Part shown: positions 9,917 through 17,389 of the stretch, piece by piece | How the letters are laid out: each line of letters begins with the position of its first letter | Numbering within the stretch: the first letter of the stretch is position 1 | Source of the DNA: Epithemia pelagica | Lineage: Eukaryota; Protista; Bacillariophyta | DNA: 64,000 nucleotides | Assembly (NCBI GenBank): GCA_946965045.2 | Contig: OX337242.1 | Span: 806,001 to 870,000, forward strand | Direction: 5' to 3' | The notes under the pieces: model-generated | What the model was told of the DNA's origin: nothing | The model's input: only the letters and a program-made list of their open reading frames with translations | Databases searched by the model: none | Translations under genes and position numbers: made by a program

Positions 9917-12900
9917 TCCACATCAGTACAGACAACAACGATAGGGAGCTCCTCTAGTTTGCCGTCATCCACAATGAACACTGGTGGAGTGTCTTTGGGA
10001 GTGCTGAATGCAAATCTAGCTTGGAGCCCCCGTCTACGTCGTTCTTGGTAAGACATGGGCGGGATCGCATCAGAGATGCTTTCACTCCTCATGTCTGTGC
10101 CCTGGTCCATATCGTCACTTGCAGTTGATAGGTCGGTGGGGGAGATTGATGAGGAGGTTGTCCATGAGAAAACCGAGGACCTTGAGCTTGCCGAGGTAGT
10201 CGAACATGGGCGGCAGAGGAGGACCCTTTCGTCGTCGTCCGACTCATCAGTGCTGGTTGTTTTGTTGTTCTTGAACCGGTGAAATCTCGGCTTATGGCGA
10301 CAGGCGCCGTAAACCTCGTTGCACTTGTTAATTGCCAATTTCGGGTTCTTTCGTGTGAATTTCAATATCTCTAGCCTCTCTTTCGCGCAGAGTTTACAGT
10401 TCCGTGTCCCAAACGTCTTGACTGTGGACAGTGGTTTGCCTTGCCATAGGATATCAACTTTGAGTTTGACGTGTTGTTTGATCTCTTTTTTCTCGATGCC
10501 TCGTGGGACAAAGCACGCAAAATGACTCGCAAAAGAGTCTGATTGTTTGTTTTGGAGTACAAGAGCTTTGACGTCTTGTACGTGTTGCTGCAAACGTTTC
10601 TTTACGTGTTGTTGCGTATTCCCGATGTACTGTTTACCTGTTTGGAGGCAGGTAGCTCTGTAGACAACTATCGATCTCCTGCAGCGGCCACCGTACGGGC
10701 AAGCCTCTCTGTTCCTGCAGTTGCAGTCGAGGTCTTCGAAGTCCAGTGAATTGAGGCCGTCTGCTAGTTTTGAGTTCAAGTCCCCTTGAAACAGTTCGCG
10801 GATGTTATTGAAGCGGTGGTAGGACATGGATATGCGTAGCCACGAAAGGGAGGGGAATTTGGCCTTGATCTCCTTTATCACTTTGTGAATTGGTTTTCTC
10901 CAAAAGTCTGTGAAACCGATCTTGAAATAGATCGCCCTCTTACGGTCTCGCTCTCGTCTCTTCTTCAACGCTTGTGAGGCCGTGTCTTCCTTTTCCTTTG
11001 CCATTTTTTCTTTGGACTCGCCCAGAGTAGGAATTTGTTCGGGTTTGATGAGTTTGGCATTGTTTAGGGCTTCGAAGTGGGTAGGATAGAGTTCGGAGAG
11101 CTTGCAGTTGGTGTTGTCGTCGTCAAGGGAGGTGAGTTTCGTGAGTCGCTTGAAAACGCCGCTCGGGATTGCTTTGAAACACCCAGGAGTGTGAGCGCTC
11201 CCCTTGTTAAGGTATTTCAACCGCTGGTTTTCTTTCAGGTGGACCTTGAAGGAGAGTTTGGAGTTGGAGTTCCAAAACATCTCCATGTCTAGGAAAGGGA
11301 AGGATTCGGACTTGGCAATCGTCGTATTGGGGGACTCGATTGTTTCTGGATCGTGGAGGTTGGTTGGATCCCAAATCACGGCTGTGAATTTGAGGAATTC
11401 ATTTCCCGCTACATCGTTAATGTCGGTTTGAAAGGCTTGGAGCCAGTCTTGGATTTGCTTCGTTGAGAGTTGGCCCTTGAATACTGCTAGGCCATCATCT
11501 CGGTACATGCCGAAATAGTGCATGGGGTCGTGGATAGAATCGTAGGTTGCTTCTAATAGGAATGACATCACTAGATCTGCCAACCAAGCTGATTCGTATC
11601 CACCAATCGTGAGACCCCTCTCTTCAGGTTTGAGATCACCGTCGTAGAGGTAATACTCATCCTTGAAGGCAATTAACGTATTTGTCATGCCGAAGTAGAT
11701 TAAGTCGAGGCAGAGGTTGATTGTACGGTGTGTCTCAGGGGGGAGCGCTTCTGCGTAGTAGATGAGCGCGTCATAGATAAGTTGGAACTTAATTGACGGG
11801 TACATGGCTTCAGCGTCTACCGACACGATTGTTGAGTTGGAGAAGTCGAAGGGCAGTTGTTCGAGTTTTTCTTTGAGGTCTGAGGCTTGGACGATGTTAC
11901 GTTGTCCGTACTCAATGTTGTATTCCTTGAATAGGTTTTTGATGCCAAGGTAGCCGATTTTGGGGAAGCCCGCTGTGAAGTTCGTTGCGGGCACGACTAG
12001 GCGTGTTGGGTAGTTGCCGTCGGGTCCTGCCTTCTTGTGATCCTTGACCAGAATTTTCGGGTACGGGATGGCCTTGGATTGGATTTTCTCTTTCAAGAAG
12101 TTCCTCTCATTCGTTGAAATGAACGGGTCCAGTTCTTGAACGAAGGAGAAGCAGTTGTCCACGATCTCTGTGAGTCTGGAGCGATCGATCCTGACAGCGC
12201 TCTTTGCGAGGTGTTTATTGATTTCTTTTGAGTATTCGCCAGTCGACATGATCGTGAAGGAGTTCGTCTTATCCGTGGGGATAACGACTAGATCATGTTC
12301 TTTCAGTTGTTTGAGTAGGTCTTTGATTTCCAGCGATAGTTTGCTTTCGTTTCTCGTCTTCTTGTTGGCGAGTGATTCTGCAATGATTGCTTCTTCTACT
12401 TGTTTCAGAAAACATTCTAACTCGTTGGAGCCGACTGGGGCACTCTTTTTCTTGTTCTCCGGTTTGGCACCACTGTTGAGGCCTGACTTGAATAGGTCCT
12501 TGGTATCATCCTCTAGTTCTTCTTCGTAGTTCTTGCCGGAGAAGGGATCGGGCCACTGCCACTCGGGGTCCATGACTGACCTGTCCCATTGGCTATTGGA
12601 GAGCAGCGTGGGGTTGTTGTGGTAATAGCTCGCCCATACTGCTTGCTCCGTTTCGACGCGGTCTTTGTGTTCATTCCGCCAGTATTCGGCCCAGCGGCAC
12701 CTCGTCTTGAAATCACCGATTCCGTTAATGGCGTCGATTGTGCGTTCGTCCTCCGAGGGGGCTGGGACGAAGCGTTCAGAAACTTCAACAGCTAGCATTT
12801 GCACCAGCAATCGGAGTTTTTCCTCTCTCCGATTAAGGTCTTTTTCATCCGTCTCCTGGCTGTATCCGGTCGTACCCGCTTGGGCTTTCTCTCCTTCGGA

Positions 12901-13080
12901 GGTCTGAATATTCAAGCAAGAAGGTTTCATTGTCGGCGATGGCGCTGGCGGCGAAGGTGGTTGCGATGTTGGCACCTGGGGAGTTTCTTGGTTCGCGGGT
13001 TGGCGGTTTAAAGAAACTGAGCACAGGGCTTGTTCAACTGCTTCCGTATCGATCGACAAGCTTTTGTGGAGCATTGTCAT
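9913..13080 (-). CDS. Penelope-like element polyprotein, RT + GIY-YIG endonuclease (1055 aa), Naiad-like
   Basis: TDKTNSF, PYPKILVKDHK..PTRLVV, SVDAEAMYPSI, GLTIGGYESAWLA, GMYRDDGL, FPFLDM, YLNKGSAH; CNC..CPYGGRC knuckle; VVYRATC...YIGNTQQHVKKRLQQH; CKLC...CRH. ATG start, no internal stops. Confidence 0.93.
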   Translation of the reverse strand: MTMLHKSLSIDTEAVEQALCSVSLNRQPANQETPQVPTSQPPSPPAPSPTMKPSCLNIQTSEGEKAQAGTTGYSQETDEKDLNRREEKLRLLVQMLAVEVSERFVPAPSEDERTIDAINGIGDFKTRCRWAEYWRNEHKDRVETEQAVWASYYHNNPTLLSNSQWDRSVMDPEWQWPDPFSGKNYEEELEDDTKDLFKSGLNSGAKPENKKKSAPVGSNELECFLKQVEEAIIAESLANKKTRNESKLSLEIKDLLKQLKEHDLVVIPTDKTNSFTIMSTGEYSKEINKHLAKSAVRIDRSRLTEIVDNCFSFVQELDPFISTNERNFLKEKIQSKAIPYPKILVKDHKKAGPDGNYPTRLVVPATNFTAGFPKIGYLGIKNLFKEYNIEYGQRNIVQASDLKEKLEQLPFDFSNSTIVSVDAEAMYPSIKFQLIYDALIYYAEALPPETHRTINLCLDLIYFGMTNTLIAFKDEYYLYDGDLKPEERGLTIGGYESAWLADLVMSFLLEATYDSIHDPMHYFGMYRDDGLAVFKGQLSTKQIQDWLQAFQTDINDVAGNEFLKFTAVIWDPTNLHDPETIESPNTTIAKSESFPFLDMEMFWNSNSKLSFKVHLKENQRLKYLNKGSAHTPGCFKAIPSGVFKRLTKLTSLDDDNTNCKLSELYPTHFEALNNAKLIKPEQIPTLGESKEKMAKEKEDTASQALKKRRERDRKRAIYFKIGFTDFWRKPIHKVIKEIKAKFPSLSWLRISMSYHRFNNIRELFQGDLNSKLADGLNSLDFEDLDCNCRNREACPYGGRCRRSIVVYRATCLQTGKQYIGNTQQHVKKRLQQHVQDVKALVLQNKQSDSFASHFACFVPRGIEKKEIKQHVKLKVDILWQGKPLSTVKTFGTRNCKLCAKERLEILKFTRKNPKLAINKCNEVYGACRHKPRFHRFKNNKTTSTDESDDDERVLLCRPCSTTSASSRSSVFSWTTSSSISPTDLSTASDDMDQGTDMRSESISDAIPPMSYQERRRRGLQARFAFSTPKDTPPVFIVDDGKLEELPIVVVCTDVE
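10213..10253 (-). ncRNA. Candidate type I hammerhead ribozyme embedded in the PLE ORF 3' region
   Basis: Minus strand GCA-CUGAUGA-GUCG(GACGA)CGAC-GAAA-GGG(UCC)UCCU-C-UGC: core, 4-bp stem II, 4-bp stem III, CUC cleavage triplet; stem I is only 3 bp. Confidence 0.5.
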
Positions 13081-13153
13081 TGTCGGCAGGATCCTTTCTT
13101 GGATTGGAATTCGGAACCACGGTGGGGCGAGTCAGCTTCCGTAGGTGTATATC

Positions 13154-13298
13154 AAATTGGATAAACAGCAAAGAGTGTGGAGGCTAGTTTAGGTTTTTCT
13201 ATCCAAAGATTTTGGAGTGTTCTACTTCCCGCTCGCTAACTCGCGCGCCAGCAAGCCACTTCGGATGGACTAATCTACATCCACTCGCACCCGGTCGC
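13154..13298. repeat. Terminal direct repeat (5' copy relative to element sense), 145 bp
   Basis: Matches 2079-2223; lies 73 nt upstream of the PLE ATG. Confidence 0.95.
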
Positions 13299-13982
13299 AG
13301 AGATTACATTTTATATCTTATGACGAGAGGGGCAATTATGGAAATTTCCTGTAGAGACAAATAATGGAAAATCAGAGAAGCTTCTGGGGCATATATATAT
13401 TTATTTCGATTCCTCCAGTATCATGTATTAAGTAGCCGCAATGCCAGTCCTGCTACCTTATGTGATTAGTCCACTATGACGTCATATCAATGTCGCAGTG
13501 CGACACGGGGGTTTTGCAACTGGCGGGCGAGGCCACAAAACGCAATCTCGAACGAGCGGTCTCTTGTTGTTGCCGTTGTTGTTCAGCCCAAGCTGGAGTG
13601 ATTCGAGAGGATCGTGGAAGCACTTGTGTTTGTCGTCAACTGATTCTCTCCTTTGATTCATACACACACAATCGAGGCTTAGACGAAAGAAGACTGGGAA
13701 CTGAAACCGAATTCTTGAGATCAACAGATATTTCCTTCAGCACCTCGTTAGCTTTCCTGTCTACGAGGTTGTGTTGTAACCGGCGATATCACTAAGTGCT
13801 GGACTGTGTCAAGATAACAGATTACTGGCTCTTTTGTTTTGCTGTTACGAGTTGAGGGATTGGGCCGTCGACTGTCGCCATTGTGTCTCAAATCTCCAAC
13901 CACGTTACTTTTTGCTTTAGATTGCACAGCCTATATTCGTCTGTTGGTGAACAGGATCGAGGTTAAAATTTGTTTTGGAAGT

Positions 13983-16580
13983 ATGAATCTGGAGTTACTT
14001 GATCCTTTCGGTCGCCAAGTACCGGATCGCGTCGATGCAACCCTCCCTCTAGCACCACACCTTCATTTTCGAAACCCAAATCATCACCTCTTGGCTCTTG
14101 GAAATCCGTCCAGCTCTTCAAGCAAGAAGAGCAGTAAAGGTGAAAACAGTGAACAGCACGCACGCCACAGTAACTCGACCAATGTCAATATCCATGCGAC
14201 AAGTGCCGTGGGATCTGGTTTGAGTGAAACTGGAGGAACCATTCCTGGTGTTTCCAACAAGCGCGAAGTACCTGAATGGCGTGCGGCCTATCATGTTGCG
14301 TACAATCGTCGGGGAACGTACCTTGCTGTGGGATATGGCAGTGGCGCGGTTGCCATCCATAGCACAAGCAGCCGAACACTGGCGGCTCTGTACCGGAGCT
14401 CCGCCGGTGGCTCGAGTAGCGGCAATACGGATGGGGGCCAAGGAGGTAGTGGTGGTGGTGCAGGGGAACTTTTGATTGGTAACGGTGTAACCAGTGTTTC
14501 ATGGTCACGTCGATCACGAACGCTGCTAACTGGAGCTGCAGGGGACGCTTCTGTCCATGTATACGATACCACCCATCCATTTGGTCCAGAAGAAGCTGGC
14601 TTAGCCATTGACGACCGAGGCCTACCATATCCTGAAGACAACGAAAATGTCAATGATCGAAACCATTCCAAGCGAGAAAGATTAGCGAATACAGCTTCAG
14701 CCGAGTACGAACAACGAGGTCATATTCCACCTATGCATTCCAAAGTTCGAACGGGCCCGACGCTGTTTGCCGATCCAGTCTATGACGAGCAAAAGTACAT
14801 TTTTGTGAAAGACCGACTGCAGTTGGATTCTATCAATGTTCCCATGGGCACCAAAGTCCCCCAACACGTAATTGCCTCATTTGTTCTCCCTCCAGACACT
14901 TTTGATGAGCCAGACGAAACAGAAGATCCAGATTCTGACAAGAACGACGACGGGGACATTGACGACAACCACAAAAAGGAAAAGAAACGACGGAAGAGAA
15001 AAAGGAAAATGAAGAAAGCAAATTGGCGAGATCCTCGCCTGAACAAGCATCCATGTATATCTTTCTCGTTTCAAAGTGCTCAGCCTGTGGGTGGGTCTTT
15101 ACAAATCAATCCACGATGCCCGACGGGGGGTCTGGCTGCGTTGAGAGACGGTTCGTTGGTTCTATTCTGGTTCGACCCAAAGGTGTCGTGGATCACACAT
15201 GTGGAAGCAAAGGAAGAGAAAAAGAAGGCAACAGAAACTGAAAGCGAGCAACTTAAAGAAGTCGAAGAGGGTGGTGAAAAAGAGATGGCATCTCCAGGCA
15301 AGACGAAAGAACGAACACCAAAGTATGCCATAGTGGTGCCTCTATGGAGCCAGACGTTGAAACACTTCATAACGTGTGCGGCGTTTGATCCTCAAGGGGA
15401 ACGCGTATACGCGGCTACCAAGGATGGTACTTTGTTGGGCTTTGAAGTGAAGCTACTATTTGAATCGCTTGCCGCCTCTTCGCCGAACACGAAGGGAGTT
15501 CCTACCGCAAAAACAACAACTGCATATGGCAACGTCGCACAGTCTCCAATCAAAGGGGGTCTACCCTTGGTTGCCCCTCATTTCAAGCTCAGGATACCAG
15601 GTGGTGCCTCAGCTTGGCATTTGATCGTGTCACGGAACGGTAAATATCTGGTTCTGAACTCGAGCGATGGTGCCTTGAGATTGTACTCGACACATGCTTG
15701 CTGGTCCAACGAAAGCAAGGGAAAAGGTGCACCCAAGCAATCCTTGTCTGCCGCAGAGAAACCAACATGGACCTTCCAAGATGTCGTTTCCAAGGTTAAA
15801 TTTGCCTCTTGTGACTTGTCGGGGGACGGAGAGTACGTGGTGGGCGGGGCCAATGGAAATGACAATCGCTACGAATTGTCCATTTGGAATACAACGACTG
15901 GAAATTTGATGGACAAATTAACGGGCCCTGCTGTCCAACTGTATTCGGTGGCCTGGCATCCCACGCGGTCTAGTTTGGCGGTGGCCACCTCGGATGGTTT
16001 GGTGGATGTCTGGGGCCCCAAACTGAATTGGACGGCCTTTGCCCCCGATTTCCAGGCCTTGCACAAGAATATTGTCTATGAGGAGGAAACTGCCGCCAAT
16101 GGCGAAAAAGAGGCGACCTGTACGGTCATTGAGGGGGACGCAACACAGTTACCCGATGCATCATCATCATCAGCTCCCATGGAGATGGACCCTCCCACGA
16201 ATCCATCGAATGGGAACCAAGAGGGAGGTGGTACCTCCAGTGATATACCGAAAGCGAATGGAAAAGCTACAAATGACACAAAAACCGTGAGCAGTGATAG
16301 AGATAAGGACGTTCTCATGGGAGAGGCATCGGTGAGTTCCAAGTCGGACCGCAAGACTAATGCTGCTGATGCCGCCAATGGCGCGGCACCCACCGTCAAG
16401 AACGAATCAGAGCCTCGCCATGGGGCCGCCAAGGTCGATGTCTTGACCAAGGATCCAGTTCCCATGTTTGCTTCCGACTCGGAAGATGAATCCGATGCCT
16501 TTGCCTTTGAGGCACGAGTCAAGAATCTGTTTTACTCTCGCATTACCAAATTCCCCAAAGAATCCAAAACCGATGACTGA
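13983..16580 (+). CDS. RBBP5: RBBP5/Swd1 WD40 subunit of COMPASS H3K4 methyltransferase complexes
   Basis: N-terminus MNLELLDPFGRQVPDRVDATL and C-terminal WTAFAPDFQALHKNIVYEEE...VDV match RBBP5 signatures; WD repeats between them. ATG at 13983. Confidence 0.88.
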   Translation: MNLELLDPFGRQVPDRVDATLPLAPHLHFRNPNHHLLALGNPSSSSSKKSSKGENSEQHARHSNSTNVNIHATSAVGSGLSETGGTIPGVSNKREVPEWRAAYHVAYNRRGTYLAVGYGSGAVAIHSTSSRTLAALYRSSAGGSSSGNTDGGQGGSGGGAGELLIGNGVTSVSWSRRSRTLLTGAAGDASVHVYDTTHPFGPEEAGLAIDDRGLPYPEDNENVNDRNHSKRERLANTASAEYEQRGHIPPMHSKVRTGPTLFADPVYDEQKYIFVKDRLQLDSINVPMGTKVPQHVIASFVLPPDTFDEPDETEDPDSDKNDDGDIDDNHKKEKKRRKRKRKMKKANWRDPRLNKHPCISFSFQSAQPVGGSLQINPRCPTGGLAALRDGSLVLFWFDPKVSWITHVEAKEEKKKATETESEQLKEVEEGGEKEMASPGKTKERTPKYAIVVPLWSQTLKHFITCAAFDPQGERVYAATKDGTLLGFEVKLLFESLAASSPNTKGVPTAKTTTAYGNVAQSPIKGGLPLVAPHFKLRIPGGASAWHLIVSRNGKYLVLNSSDGALRLYSTHACWSNESKGKGAPKQSLSAAEKPTWTFQDVVSKVKFASCDLSGDGEYVVGGANGNDNRYELSIWNTTTGNLMDKLTGPAVQLYSVAWHPTRSSLAVATSDGLVDVWGPKLNWTAFAPDFQALHKNIVYEEETAANGEKEATCTVIEGDATQLPDASSSSAPMEMDPPTNPSNGNQEGGGTSSDIPKANGKATNDTKTVSSDRDKDVLMGEASVSSKSDRKTNAADAANGAAPTVKNESEPRHGAAKVDVLTKDPVPMFASDSEDESDAFAFEARVKNLFYSRITKFPKESKTDD

Positions 16581-17389
16581 TCCTAGAAAGGTACCAAGTC
16601 AGAAAGAAAGAAACAAGTGGCGTCTTGGGAGTGGTGCCAGCTTTCTAGTTCCTAGTAGAAGGGAGTAGCACATTGGAGCTGCAGTATCAAACTTTTGTTT
16701 CGTACTGCCAGCTTGCAAAGCTCAAGTTGCCGTTCGTGTCTTTGACGCTCAGATTTGTGGACAATGGTGGTGTACGAAGTACAGAGAGAGATGAGGATTG
16801 AGTTACCATTGATTCTTGAACAAATGTTGTATCATTCAGGCAAGGTACTAGACCACAACTTCCTCAGGCCATGTGCAACAAATGGGCGTACTGCAGATCA
16901 TATAGAGGTAACTACCATGGCTACTCTACTAGAGAGATGTAGAGGGGTAGCTATCCATTGTCGCTGCGTTGGCCTCTGAAAGTGACTATAGCGTTTTCTG
17001 TACGACACTATAGCCAGAAAGTAGGATCTTTTGGTCCTGTGTGATGGATCGACATCACCTGCAAACTTCACTCAGCTCACCTCGGTGTGTCGCCGTCTTT
17101 TTCGTCTTCTTCGTGCGTCCCGCTCCACAACACAGAGAGGGAGAGTGTGTGTAATCGTTGGATCTCTCTCTCCCATCTGCTGTGGCGTTGAGTTGCTTTC
17201 TGTGTCGCCACCTCTTCCACCACAACATTCTATTTCTCACAAAGTTGGAGGCGTTCGCTGTCTCGCCTTTCTTTCGCGGGCTCATTCTCTTTTTGCAAGT
17301 CATTGCGGAATCTTTTTTGGGTCCAAACGGAAGCGGTACTACCTAATAGGTAGGAACCCTAGAAAAGACTCTTCTTGTCGGTCGGGACC

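Larger units (their letters stand above)
2079..13298 (-). mobile_element. Composite retroelement: Penelope-like RT/GIY-YIG ORF plus Ngaro/DIRS-type gag, RT-RH and tyrosine recombinase module between 145-bp direct repeats
   Basis: Five large ORFs, all on the minus strand and tightly packed; terminal repeats 2079-2223 and 13154-13298 differ at one position; no TSD seen. Confidence 0.9.

Noticed and set aside
2079-13298. Classical LTR retrotransposon (Ty1/Ty3) because of the direct terminal repeats
   Set aside because: No TG...CA ends, TSD, protease or DDE integrase were seen; the enzymes are YR- and PLE-type.
13839-13982. ORF-track N-terminal extensions from TTG/GTG starts (RBBP5, and likewise 62137, 34584, 32556, 27946)
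   Set aside because: The host genes have better in-frame ATGs that match homologue N-termini or signal peptides.
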